DNA from: Tubulanus polymorphus | Taxonomy: Eukaryota; Animalia; Nemertea | Direction: 5' to 3' | NCBI RefSeq assembly: GCF_964204645.1 | Contig: NC_134025.1 | Span: 19,753,101-19,817,100 of the forward strand | DNA: 64,000 nt | Part shown: in pieces, positions 1-12,850 of the stretch | Numbering within the stretch: the first letter of the stretch is position 1 | Layout of the letters: each line of letters begins with the position of its first letter | Translations under genes and position numbers: made by a program | Notes under the pieces: generated by a model | Told to the model about the DNA's origin: nothing | The model's database searches: none | Seen by the model: only the letters and a program-made list of their open reading frames with translations

Positions 1-416
1 AGGCGTCGGGGACACAAACAACCATCACCGCCGCTCCTTACTGAGCGGAATGAACATCCCCGGGAGTGCACCACTGTTCTACCCGCCTTATCCTGACTTA
101 CAAGAAAAGCGCAAATATCCTGCGGTGATGCATCGAATAAGGATCTTCCAACCCTAAACGAAGCCAGAAAATCAGAAAACCCCTGCACGAGACTAGACTT
201 TTGCTTCCCACACTTCGTGGATACCACAGCATGCTCAACCTGTTCCAGACGATCCTCTATATCGTTAGAAAAAATTCCAATGCCGCTCTGTAACAAAGGA
301 AAATAACATCCTCAAATAACTGAAAGACTGACGGAAGTAAAGAAAACGGATGAATCATCACAGAAAAATTATATTTGTCTTCAAAAATTTAAACATTGTT
401 TGAAAATTAACATTCT

Positions 417-1624
417 TTATGGCTCAAAACGAGCAACGTATAGCTCAAAGGGCAAACCTCTTTCATCCAAACAGAAACTGCGCCTAGACAGAAACAACAG
501 AATGCCTTTCTCACCCACAACAGAGAGAGGCTTAAACGATTTAGCCCGCTTACTAACGAGGGGCCACCAAAATGAACTCGGATCGAAACCAGGTAGAACT
601 AACGTAATCGGGACTGCTAACTGACGAATGAACCTCAAAATAGCCCCAACCAGGTGAAAAGGGGGGAAAAACAGCAATTCCACTCGGATGAAATATCTTG
701 GGAAAATAAACCAACCCCGGACGAATCAGGGGTTTCCCACGGCGTGAAATGACGAAGACTGTTACCATCCACATCACTCATTACGTTGGTGTCGAGCACC
801 ATAAGATCCACAGAATGACCCAAATCGCCTCCAAACCAAGACTGTACCCGAGCCCAAGAGGCAGGCGATAACTTAGCGTCCGACTTGGTCAAAACCCTCG
901 ACGGGGCATCGGCCTCATTATCTAAAGACGGGACATAAAACAGCTTAAGGGAAACATTCAAATCCACCACAGTGTGGAACAAAACCTTTACCGCCTCGTT
1001 CAATTCCCTTGATCGTGAGCCTTCATTCTCCCAGACAGATATAAGAGTCTTACTATCTACCTTTGCATCCACCCTAAAATGTGCGAGGTGCACCCGAAAC
1101 GACTGTAAGACTTAGGCCAACGCCAAAGTCTCTTTCACTGATATATGGGCTCTGAGGACCTTTTCCTCCCAGTAAACACCAACGATGATTTTCCCAACCT
1201 CCCAACCTCCCCAACGAAAACCCGATGCATCCGACTGAAGAGAGATAACGCGATGATTTTCTAGGCGCCAGGGGATAAACTTATCCCAATCATCCAAAAA
1301 CTCCCAATGCAAAATTTCGTCCCTAAGGTCGCCAGCGATCGGAACAAGACCCGAATTACGATATGCCTTAGAGATAGCTCTATTCGCCTCCCGGGTAAAT
1401 AAACGCGTTGCTGAAACGGCCATCGAAAAAGAAATTAACTTCCCCACGAAACGCTGAATCATCTTTAAACTGACCCTGTTTTTTGACAGAATTTCCTCAC
1501 GCAAGGCCCTAAATTTCTCTCTATTATGATCAGGAAGTTTGAAGCATTGCTGAATAGTGTCAATACACATTCCAAGCCAGACCTTCGAAGTCGAAGGGTG
1601 AAGGTCAGATTTAATGATGCCCAA
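417..1624 (-). pseudogene. DIRS RNase H + DNA N6-adenine methyltransferase-like domain (frameshifted)
   Basis: ORFs 1112..1624 (LQSDASGFRWGG, HISVKETLA), 635..1093 (VDS, YVPSLDNEADAPSR, VDLM) and 417..683 (FPPFHLVGAILRFI). Confidence 0.75.
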
Positions 1625-2550
1625 AAATAACCAAGTCTAATCAGAACCTGGCACAGCATATATGCCGCCAAAGATGAACGCTGAAAATTGTTTAATAGCA
1701 ACGACTGTTGGAGGCAAAGCTCGCCGGAGATCCTGTCATCGATGTATTGCAAGACAGGGACACCCAACGAGCGCAAGTAATTCGTAGCAACCAAACCAAT
1801 TGTATGATAGATAAAAGCCGAAGCCTTTAAACCAAAAGGAATGACCCTATAAACGTAGAAACTGCCTTGCCATTCCAAACCTAGGTACCTCTCACTATCC
1901 TCTGTTACCCTTACATGGTAATAACCACCTTTATCATCAACCGTGGTAAAATGAACGCCCTCACTAAACAAGCATGGGATAAAGGCGAGAGTATCAAGTT
2001 TGAATGGGTTATCCCGAATCCATAAATTCAAAAACCTTTCGTCATGGCATAACCTTGGTTTACTAGGTTCAACAGTCAAAGGCATCACAAGGTGAGGAGG
2101 AATACAGGACCCAACTTTTCCCCAGAAACGTATAGAGCCATTCTTTAATCTCTGATCAATAGTACGAGATATGAAATCTGAAAACTGCTCGCAATTTCTG
2201 GCGTTAGCAAAATACCTCGACGGAGGTGCATCGTCATCAAATTTCTCCCCTTTAAACTGGCCACTAAAAGGTTTGAAAAGACCAGGAATATGAACGCCCT
2301 GCGAAATCCATACTCTAACGACGCTGTTTTCTCCAAGGATCTTATCCCATTCACCCAAATAGTTCGAAAGATTTCCAGAGACAAATCATCAGGGTTTCGA
2401 AACCTAAGATCGGCCGGCAGAAACGCCAGAGGGTCCGCAGCAACTTCATCAGCAGAAACGACTTGGCTAGGGATTGGGAAAGTAACACATCTGCATTCAC
2501 GACTAATGCCAAAAGTATCCGCATTCTGCAAAAATTAAAGCATCTCCAGG
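1465..2550 (-). pseudogene. DIRS reverse transcriptase (frameshifted)
   Basis: ORF 1465..2358: KPRLCHDERFLN, DDKGGYYH, VIPFGLKASAFIY, QYIDD. Confidence 0.9.
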
Positions 2551-2811
2551 TAACTAAAAACAAGGAAAAAAAACCAACCCCCAAGCCAACATGACCGAAG
2601 CCATGACAACGGACACTAAGAGGCCCGCGGCAAGAGAGTCAGAAAACCGAAATACAACTTCATGCAAAGGAAAAAAATTTGTTCCAATTAAATTAGATTT
2701 ATTAGTAAGAAAACAACCCATCTAATCAAAAATACAACAAATTGATTAACAGGAGCCAAAAATGCACCCATGTCAACCCAGAGATCTCCAGCTGAATCTA
2801 AGAAAAGAAAA

Positions 2812-3640
2812 TTAACACATGACACCCAAATTAACAAAGGACGCAAAGTTAAACGTCACTCGTCTCTTTTTTAGGATAAAAGCAAAACCTGGCAAAATGC
2901 CCAATCTCCCTACAGTTAAAACAAACCATCTCCCGTAATGGAACACGATGCGAGGCCCGTCCCCTAGGTTAACCAAATCCCCGATTTCCCCAGAAGGGGG
3001 AACTATAAAAAGTAGGGAGGGCAACAGGGTTAAGAGGAGAAGAATACCGAGGGGGAGAAACCCTACCGACGGTGGGGGAACTATAAAAACTAGGGAGGGC
3101 AACAGGGTTAAGAGGAGAAGAATACCGAGGGGGAGAAACCTCTACCGACGGTGCACCAACCATGGAAACGACCTTGTTCCTTCTTCCACTTCCCCGCAAC
3201 CTTAGCCTCTCATCCTCAGAGGATCTCACCAACAGCAGCGCAAGATGCTGCAAAGCATCCGAATCAATGTTATATTTTACAGCCCTGACCACTGATTTAA
3301 AATATTTTACATCTTTGGACTGCTCCTTCAGGTGAAACCGATCGAAATATTGGCGAGATGCAGCATTTACCTGTTCAAGAGCTGCCTCTACAGTATCCCT
3401 GCTGAATGTATTTGAGAGCATACCAGTCTCCGAATCTTGCACGGGCGACGGAACAGGCACAGCCAGAGAGACGTCACCGAAAGCAACCTCGTCCAAAACG
3501 TCGGATTTTCATTTTATAGATGGCGTCTGCGGGAGATCTGAAAACACCCGGTTCGCGTGAACTATTAGATAGTGGATGAAGACATGACACTCATCCTCGG
3601 GCCATCCCGCAACCTCTAACAAATCCTCTAACTTCTTTCC
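2812..3640 (-). pseudogene. gag-like ORF of DIRS element (frameshifted, CCHC zinc knuckle)
   Basis: ORF 2969..3496 plus a frameshifted CX2CX4HX4C motif at 2880-2929. Internal ~78-bp tandem duplication at ~2996-3150. Confidence 0.65.
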
Positions 3641-5876
3641 TAAAATAAAACAAATCAAGAAAATAGCACGGGCGAAAAGAAATTCAAAGATGAACAAAAA
3701 ATGTCCTACCACAATACGTACCGGTAAGAATATAAACGGCATCCTTTAGATACTTCAGCAGCGCCTAGTCAATAGGTTTAAGGCGCTCGAACCGAGGCAA
3801 GTCTTTTGGCTTTTCGCCCCGAAAAGAGCTGCACAGCTGAAAAAGTCAAACAGGTCGACACCAACCAACACATCAGACTTACAAAGCACGATAGATTCCA
3901 TGCCGAAGGAATCAACGGTAAGAGAGAAAAACCAGGGGAATATATACTACAGCCGCGCAACGCGCGACTAACCCATAAGAAACAGCACACTGAAACTTTA
4001 AGGTCTATGACAAAAGGCTCCACCCAAACAAGACAGAATACAGAAAATGCTAAATCGGATTCAAAAGGGGCTAACGTAAAACTGCACTCAGTGCACTGCA
4101 TTCGTCGCATTTGTCTCACACGAAAGGAGCAAACCAAACCCTAAGCAAACCGCAAATAGAACTCTCCATGGAAACGAGAATGCATACAAAAAACTGTCGA
4201 AATCGATCACAAAACTGGAAAAAGGACGAACTCCGTTAAATCTCACAACAGCATAAAAAGACCGAAATGACCGAGGACGAAACACGATTGTAAAAGAAGA
4301 AAACTACAAACAAACATAATCAAGACTCAACCACACAATTAATAAAATAAAACTCTGTTCTCTTTCTTTTTTTTTTAAAAACTCATTCTTATACTTTTTT
4401 CCGTTATTATATTCTCTCTTATTTCATAACAACGACCGATAAACAATGACCGATGCAAAGTAGGGCCACATTCATCAACTCCCAGGCTCGCAGTTCAATA
4501 GCTCAAACACAATCGTCTGGTCCGCTAGCAGCGGACGTCGGGGGACAGCCCTCCAGCCCTCAGGCAACAGGACACTCAGTCCTGCGAGGCACACAGCATC
4601 CGGTCCACAGACAGCGGACTCCGGGGCACACAGCCCTCCAGCCCGCACACAGCAGGCAACAGGACACACAGTCCCGCGAGGCACACAGCACACATTGGAT
4701 CCGACCACCGAAGTGGGCAATCAAAATATACACATATAAAATTTGTCCAAACACATTGGATCCGACCACCGAAGTGGGCAATCAAAATTCTCAAAAATTC
4801 TCAAACACATTGGACATCCACGCACAGTGGAATACACCGGCCGACAGACTCCAAACTGCACAAAGGAAAACACACAGTACACGGTCACAGCACAAAGCCA
4901 AGCCGTAAACCACCACAACCGTAAAAGCACGTCCGACAGCGAGGAAAACCTAAGCCAAACTGATTCCTTCGGTCTGTCCGCAGCGCCACGTAGTGAGAAT
5001 ACTAGTATATGCACAAATCCATTAACCCATTAGCACTCAGGAATTTCACTGTAGTGTCAATTAGAAAATTAAAGGGAAAATCCAAGTTCATCACCATACC
5101 GAACAGCTCATTTGCTGCATTTTCATGCATTACAAGCTGGTGTTATTTTGAAGCCAATAGTCAAGGCTTTCATATAATATATGATTTGAATATGTTGACC
5201 AGAAATGTCTATATTCGCTTAGTTTAGCATGAATTGACAAAATAATTTTTGCAAGGAAAGCCTGAAATTCATCCTCCGTTATTAATTACCACATTTTCTT
5301 GACATCGCAATTCGCATTTGCTGTCACTGCATATTGTTCGTAATAACGATTGGTTCCTAACATTGGTTTCTAAGTTTCTGAATTAAAGTGAGCGGGAATG
5401 TCACATTGAAAATGTAAATACACTTAAAATTATCTGTGTTTACTGTTGGTTTGCCACGTGCTTGGTTCAGTGCAGTCAGCGTCTACGCAATTATCAATAT
5501 GCCTAATAGCATTTCTCCTACCATGGGCATTTTCACACCCTCTTCCTTTACCCATTCTGAAGAACTGGAGATCTACTCCTACTCCAAGACCTAGGCCTAG
5601 CTCTTCCTCTACCTCTATTTTTAGCCCTGACAGGAATCATCGCTGTAGCTACTTATGGAATGGGCTTGACACAAGTTTTCATCGGTTTGGTCACCACTAT
5701 CGCTACTTTCTAAAATGGTATCGCCAAAACCATCTACTATATCCAGTTCTTTGTCGGAATGAAAATCGGCATCATCTGAAGATGACTTATTCATTTCTTG
5801 GCAGTATGTCTTCCTTTTGCATTTCTTATGAACTTATGTCGATTTTCCACGCAGACGACACATGTATAAAGACTTA

Positions 5877-6456
5877 CCGTAAAAACCGGCGTATAAGTCT
5901 ACGCGGCGTATAAGTCGAGGTCGATTTTTAGACCTACATTTTATGATTTTAACATATATCCGGCTTATAAGTTGAGTCCCTTCTCTTAGAAGAATAATTA
6001 CTAGTATCATTGTATTGAATAGTTTGTTTTGATAACGATGTGTGCCTTCACGCACGCCGCCACGCGTCAGCCTGATTGCTGCTGTGTGTTAATCAATAGA
6101 CTGTTACACACACTCAGGTATAATACACTACCATACAGTGATACAGTAGTGTGAGTCATGCTATATATAGCCTAATGTATTTAGCGCTGCTATGAGCGCG
6201 CATATATGAATACATCATTTTAAATGAAGCTGTGTCAAAATGAAAGAAAGTTTTTTTCATTAAATAACTTTATTTATCATGAATAATTATTCAAACTGTT
6301 ATAGCACTGTTATAGTCTTTTTTGTCTGGTAGAATCAATATTTCTTGTGACCTGAAAATACTTCGTAGAAAACTGTACTCGGCGTATAAGTCGAGGTCAA
6401 TAATTTACTGGTAAAATCAAGGGTTAAAAACTCGACTTATACGCCGGTTTTTACGG
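5877..6456. mobile_element. Tc1/mariner (pogo/Tigger-like) MITE
   Basis: 23-bp perfect TIR CCGTAAAAACCGGCGTATAAGTC, TA target duplication (5875-5876, 6457-6458), internal repeats of CGGCGTATAAGTCGAGG. Confidence 0.9.
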
Positions 6457-6509
6457 TATTTCTGGTAGTGCGTAGCTTCTTGCTTTCTTTTCCTGTACAT
6501 AGTCGATCG

Positions 6510-8030
6510 CTACCATTGTTGCTGAGTTGAAGTGGTACGGGTATTGTATGTACATGTACATGTATATTGAATTGACATTGTATGAATAAGTGAACTAAAA
6601 ATTACCTTGTGTGAAACAATTTGGGTTTCATTCTTGGTAACATCTATATCTTGAAGGTTGGATGGTTTAGTAACAGCAGACATAACCTCTGTCTTCAGAA
6701 AACACACCATCAAGGATCTCAAAATTCTAAATAAGTCCTCTGCCAAATAAGGTATCATCGGTTTGTCAGTCTGATATTATAGTAGAAACGTTTGAATGAA
6801 TAGGCGCACATTATATATGCATGCAAAAGTCCGAGCAATTTGGCTGTCAGGATACATGTTTTTAAATAGATCACCCACATCACCACAAGGATTGAATGAA
6901 TAATGACTCGTGATAGTTTTCGGACACAAGATTATCTTGTTCTTTCATGTTTCACTCTTTGATATAGACTGGGCTAATGTACTTTTCTTAATAACAGAAT
7001 TCGAACCTTCATTCGTGTCTTGGCCTTGCACAAACTAGCACTAGCAGTTGTTGACGATGAACTGGCAACCTGGGCCCGGGGAGACACATAGCTAGTAATC
7101 GAAGTGGTAGATTTGGTTGAATTGGTTACATTGTTTAATTTTATTCTTGTGTTTTTTGCCTTCTGAATGTGATACTACGGCTGACCGGCCCATACTAGTC
7201 AAATCAAAGTTCTTTTGAAAAACTGTACATTGCGCTTTTAAGTTGTCACCAGGCACATGTGCGATCCAGAGCCAAATTTCAACATCCGCAAGTCATTCAT
7301 CTTGCCAATGACTAGCCATTATCGCTGATTGTGATTAAAATCAGTATAGAATTAACAATAGATTGACACGAGAGGGCACACGCCATTTCCGGGTTGAAAT
7401 TATTTCATGCAGATATACACTTACGGCAAAACCCAGACATGCGGAATTAAGGATTTTCCAGTAAGGGTCTTAGCCAGGAATGAATGTGTACCTGCCAAAA
7501 TTGGAATATCTGAAAAAATCAGCCAGTCCAACCCACGTTGCGCCGGAGGCGGAGGGAGCTCAAGAAAAAAGGGGGTTCGGCGGCTTTCCCCCAAACATTT
7601 TGAATTTCAGCCACAATTTCAGTGATTTTAGGAGCACTTGGAGTCAGGAATGGATCAGAATAAGATATATAAAACCTGTCAGAATATAAGCAATGATAGA
7701 AATAAATGAAAAAAAAAAGAAGCTAAATTCATTTCTGACTGAGGTCTCAGTTTGAATGCATTTTTTTATTCGCAAAAATACTAGGACTTTAGGAGGTCGT
7801 GCACTGTCACTAGACACTCGGCACTAATATACATAACATCAATGATATACATAACACATGACCAGTCTTGACCAACATTTCCCCGTCCTGTCAATGTCAG
7901 TTTTTCATTTTCTCCCCGTCGTAAATGACGGGTAGGACGGGTGCTGGCTAAGACCCTGTTTCCAGTCCTGGAAAAACATTTTCTCAATTTCCAGGATTTT
8001 CCAGGAATTCCAGGACCGGCGGGAACTCTT
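6510..8030 (-). mobile_element. Degenerate hAT-like transposon (BED-type zinc finger and core fragment)
   Basis: At 7135-7320 (-): W..VPGDNLKAQCTVFQKNFDLTSMGRSAVVSHSEGKKH. At 6600-6775: QTDKPMIPYLAEDL. Terminal CCTGGAA repeats at 7966-8030. Confidence 0.65.
7463..7958. mobile_element. hAT MITE
   Basis: TIR (C)AGGGTCTTAGCCAG / CTGGCTAAGACCCTG with exact 8-bp TSD TTTCCAGT (7455-7462, 7959-7966). Confidence 0.9.
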
Positions 8031-8142
8031 GTTTTATACAAAAATGTCAACAAATATGTATTTTGATTATTTGACTTACTGAACACGAACATGAAAATAA
8101 AAACATTTTAAATCTCTATTTTCAATATGTAATAACATTATT

Positions 8143-8410
8143 TTATGCATCTAGAGAAACTATGGCAGGTCTGAAATTGCAGAGATGGAAGCATACACCA
8201 ATAATTGCATTGGACAGTTCAGAGTCTCTGTTGTTTACAGGATGTTTCAGAATCTTGCATGTCTTGGCTAAGCCTATCACCCGCTCGACATGAACTCTCT
8301 TGCTGGCTATCTTTCTGTCATTTAGCACAGACTTACCGGACATGCAGTTCTTTTTATGCCCCCGGCTCAACTTAAGTTGATTGGGGGCATAAAGATTTAC
8401 CCGCGTCCGC
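8143..8410 (-). pseudogene. ISL2EU/Harbinger (DDE_Tnp_4-like) transposase C-terminal fragment
   Basis: IASKRVHVERVIG...KIL...IIGVCFHLCNFRPAIV motif. Confidence 0.8.
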
Positions 8411-8411
8411 A

Positions 8412-8692
8412 AGTGACGTTAACAGCCTAGAGGCTGCAATTATTGACCAATTGTATTCAAACTTAGTACACAAGTAGGATATCTGAAATTGGGTCGATTT
8501 TTTTCAAATTATGGCCACCAGGAGTGTGACATGAAAAACGACGTTAACAGGACCAGAAACCTATCTGAAATTGGGTCGATTTGATTCAAATTATGACCAC
8601 CAGGGGGCTAACATGAAACACGACGTTAACAGCCTAGAGGTCGCAATTGTTGACCAATTAAGATTATGGCCACCAGGGGAAAACAGACTAGT
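8412..8692 (+). repeat. Helentron/HINE-like 3' fragment with core repeats
   Basis: Three copies of GACGTTAACAG...GGCCACCAGG ending in CTAGTT. Confidence 0.45.
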
Positions 8693-8786
8693 TGCTACAA
8701 CTGTTGATCAATTTTTTCACTTTGTACACGTGTTCTTTAATATTCTTATAGATATAGTTGTGGCCTCGATATTTCTAACGCATTTA

Positions 8787-10822
8787 CAGGGGCGGATCTA
8801 GAGCCCAATTTAGGGGGGGCACCTAATAAATGTAGCTATGATGATACTGTATTGACACCGAGCGGCGTAGGCGCGAGACGTTCCTACGTGCGAAGCCCCT
8901 GCGGGGGGGGGGGTCTGGGAAATTTTTTAACTCTGTTTTGGGGCCAATACTGAAATAAATTTTATTTTTGATAAAAACGGCCGACCGACCGACCCACTGC
9001 TGACTATGAGCTACGTATGTTTGAATTCAAGTATGCATCGTGTGAAAACATGCCTTGACACGTGGCCTAGTTTAAGTTTTCTAGGAAACTGGCAGTGTTC
9101 CAAAAAGCTGCCATTCATTCTAATAGTGACTATATTAAAGCTGGTAAAACTGTGCACATATTCAACGTACTGTTTCATTTTTAACACAGAGATTACGCTC
9201 TGGACGAAGTTATAATTTTAGAATAATTCTTGAAATCTACGCTATTAGACAAATTTCCGGTGCACAACGTATATGATTTTTTTGCGATATTGTTTCCATG
9301 TAAAAAGCCCAAAGGTGAAAAATTTGTTTTTTTGCCCAAAACTTTTGCAAAAAAAAATTTCTACCTACCTACCGACTCATCCTGAAAAGTTGAGTCGGTG
9401 TTGCGGCAAACAGACAATTATTTTGCGATGTCCTTATTTGAATATTTTTTCATATTGTGAAACATATTTTTTTGAAAATATAATAGTTTCCATGCCGCGC
9501 CTAGCTGTACCCTACAAAATTTTGGACGTGGGCCGTAAACAAATGTATATCTTTGGTCTTGTTTGACTACAAAATAATTCTTTAAGAAAGATAAAATACA
9601 TTAAAAACTTGTGGAACTTCGAAGTCACGAATTAAAAAGATTTTTCAAGCAATGTAGAGAGAATCCCACAATTATAACGAAAAGGTCCGAAAATGAAACT
9701 TCGAGATAGTAGTTTATTTCAACGTTTCGACTATATCCTAATAGTCATCTTCAGGAATAATGTTATTTTACGTTATTTTTCAAGCAATGCCCTTATTCCA
9801 AACAACCTCTAGCTTTCAAGGTAAACCACACTTTGCCCATGGGCAATTTATTTCATATTTGTCAGCGGTTTTGTGCTGAGTACACCAAGGGTGCCATGTT
9901 GAAGATCTCCAAATAAAGCACAATAAATACAGAATGCACCATCCTCAGAGGGAGAGTACACTAACCCTACATATTCCTTTTTCTTAAGCCAATCCAGCTG
10001 GAACTTCCGCAAGCGTTTTTTGGCCGTTTTCTCCTCCACATACGACATTGTGGGAAAATAATAAAATTCATCGGGCACATAATGTTGAGTCAGCAACATG
10101 AATTTTTTGTCACAGTCTAACTGTTTAGCGTTCCCTTTGTGTATGCCAATGTCATTTCTGGGTCGATCCGGGACAGGTTCATGGCTTGGCTCATCTGGTT
10201 GATCATCAATTTCAACTGGTTGAGGATTTGATTGTTGTGGTGCTCTTTCAGGAGGTGTAGGCCCATTATCAGAATTGTCATCAACTGGAGCTGGATGCCT
10301 GTAAAACAAAATATTAAGTATAAATTTTAAGTAAGCCTAAAAAATTTGAAACCATATTTCACCACTACACAAAACCAATGCTAGAAATTCTTTAGGGCCC
10401 CTAAAGAATTTTTTACTACTAAACATTTGAAATTATTACCTGTCGAACGCCCGTTCACAATAAATTACATTTGATTTTTAATTGAATTTACCGCGATCAT
10501 TTTGTGATCGAAAAAACTACAACAAATTGGAGCGTCCACGCACTCAACGGCATGTCAACTTAAGGAAATATGTTCAGATATATCACTGCATTCTCTGTTT
10601 CACTTGGCAAACAAATTTAACTAACTTTTTTGAGAAGAAATTGCGTATATCCATCACAGCAATTCACTTCCTGAACGGCTCCACGATGTTCCGGTGCGTG
10701 TGAACTCGACTGCCATGGCACAGCGCGGCGTTAATGATAAGCGAGTGGCGGGAGGTCGGTCGAAAAAAAACGATCTTCACTTAAAGGAGGGATCCCGGGC
10801 CCCTTCCCTAGATCCGCGCCTG
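8787..10822 (-). mobile_element. hAT deletion derivative with TTF-type zinc finger exon
   Basis: TIRs CAGGGGCGGATCTAG / CTAGATCCGCGCCTG. ORF 9848..10309 has RKFQLDWL..Y..LVYSPSEDGAFCIYCALF. Only a partial TSD (ATTTA). Confidence 0.75.
9713..9760 (-). ncRNA. Minimal hammerhead ribozyme motif, Penelope-like element remnant
   Basis: Minus strand reads TTATTC-CTGAAGA-T-GACTAT(taggat)ATAGTC-GAAA-CGTT-GAAATAA: core boxes, stem II and a palindromic stem III. Confidence 0.55.
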
Positions 10823-12850
10823 ATTTACCACAAACCCTGTAACTTCACATATGTGTTAATAGGCTCCAGTCACATATCTGTCTATTTCTCGCAGAACCAC
10901 CATGTACATCAGTTATATATGTAACGGCTCGACCTGGCGAAACGCGGATAAGAAACTTTACAGTGTTTCTGCTCTTATATTTTAAATAGGTGGTCTATTG
11001 AGGCTTGGGCTTCATAATAGGGCATTCTGTGCCATCAATAACTACTCTTGCCGAAGGAAATTTAAGACGGAAATCCTCCGGTGAAAAAATTTCACAACAT
11101 CTCAAGCGGGCCAAATATCCAGCTGGTTTAAATGTAACCGAAGAAAATTCAGCCAGGTAATGAATATATTGGCTACTTCTAATCTTGAACAGGCAAGCAT
11201 GAGACCAAGCTCATAATAATCTGAATGTGCTAATCTGAGTTTAATCAGCGCAAAGAAAAATTGACTCCTCGGTAACAATTGTTTTTATACTATTAGAATA
11301 TATCAAATGTCTCACTGCCTCTCTGTCACCCTGATATAAGTTACATATATATATATCTACAATTTCATATCGAATGGTTCATAATATTTCATATCTCTTA
11401 CTATATGAAATGCTTAATAATAAATAATAATAATAATAGTATTAATAATGTAATATAACTTATGAATATAGTATCAATGTGTGCTTTATCGTAATCAACA
11501 TGTCAGACTACTCAATATGTATTCAAAGTAATTATCTCTAGTCAGTGCTCATCATTAATTAATTTACGTCTCTCAAACATGTGACTAGGTGTTAGTTTGT
11601 GAGTCCTGATGTCTACAACTTGTCTGACACCTAGTTCTCACATTATACACATGATTCTGTATATAAAGACGATGTAAAGTTATGATAATCATTCTCATTC
11701 CGCGATGCAAAAAAGATTGTACATATAAGGTTTAAATGCCTTGTTGTTCCTGATGGATGGAATCTTGTACCGCTGGTGTAAATGCTAGTTCCCCAGCCAG
11801 CCTGCCGATACAACAACCAGCCGGTTACATCTCCAAATGTACAGATAAGAAACGTTAAATGTTCATAATTTACAAGTCCGGTGTAGTCCTTGAATGCTGT
11901 AGGGTTAAACATGTAGTCAGTAACGTCCACACAGTGATCAGAAAACAACATAAGTACCTTCTTTAGTTGTTGATAGGTAATCACTTTCCATGGTTATTGT
12001 GGGATTCAAACCCAATAGCTTTGATAAACTAGACACCGAAGTCCTCGAAATACCGATCAGAAAACCACACCCTCCTATTTCAGTTTCTCAAGTATTTCGA
12101 GTATGAACATGACACATCTGAGCACTCACTTCAAATCCAAGTAGGTTTGGATGAATTTTGAGGGGCCAAAAGGACACGATTTTGGTGGCCCACCTCATCA
12201 AATCTTATATCATATGAAAGCCTTGACTATTTACTACAAAATAACACGTACTTGTAATGCATTGAAATAAACGGCAAATGAGCTAATTAGTATCATGATG
12301 AACTTGGATTTTACCTTGAATTTTCTGAGGAGTATTTGACACTACATAGTGAAACTCCTGATTGCTAATGGGTTAAGTATTTTCCCAAAGGTTGACATGA
12401 TTTGAGTGTGATAATCATAAAAAGTCTCTGCCTCAGACATTAAAAATGCTTTTCGGAAAAGTTTGGCACTTGGAAGCTCCTTGCGATCCTCATGATCCAT
12501 ATAATCTGAGTTGCAGTTCATGTATGTTTTGATGTAATGCATTTAAAAAATTAAACTTAATATCGAGCAATTCAAGAATTCATACTTACTGACGATGAGG
12601 AAATTATATGTAATTGCTATGAAATCAGACCGATCTGGCAAGTCAGTACAGATTCACAGTAGTATGGTAGGAGGCCCTACATTCATTTCGTTACCAAACT
12701 ACGGTAGCGTATAGATACAAAGAAAAGAGAGCTACTCAGTTCAGTGTAAAAGTCTAGAGTAATATGTATTTTCCTTTAAGATACAAAATATTATATGATA
12801 CGCATGTGCAGGCATTGGACGATCAGAGGACGCTGCTGATATGATCCAGA

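Larger units (their letters stand above)
1..5021 (-). mobile_element. DIRS/PAT-type tyrosine-recombinase retrotransposon, degenerate, continues past window start
   Basis: Minus-strand order is gag (CCHC knuckle MVCFNCREIGHFARFC at ~2880-2929), RT (YIDD), RNase H (SDAS, HISVKET), methyltransferase-like domain (FPPF), then the start of a YR-type ORF (DKAGRTVVH..., GCLCPRRL at 1-100). Confidence 0.85.
5026..12372 (-). mobile_element. piggyBac-like DNA transposon remnant with ~175-bp imperfect TIRs, containing nested elements
   Basis: TTAA|CCCATTAGCA... at 5022-5200 and its inverted copy ending ...GGG|TTAA at 12190-12376. A degenerate piggyBac transposase N-terminus lies on - at ~5255-5800 (acidic tract, TNRYYEQ, W*LITEDEFQAFL). 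Confidence 0.6.

Noticed and set aside
4453-5033. Plus-strand ORFs in the DIRS leader
   Set aside because: Low-complexity internal repeats antisense to the element, with no recognisable domain.
10920-11200. TGTAAC-starting segment as a solo LTR
   Set aside because: No matching end, TSD or partner LTR identified.
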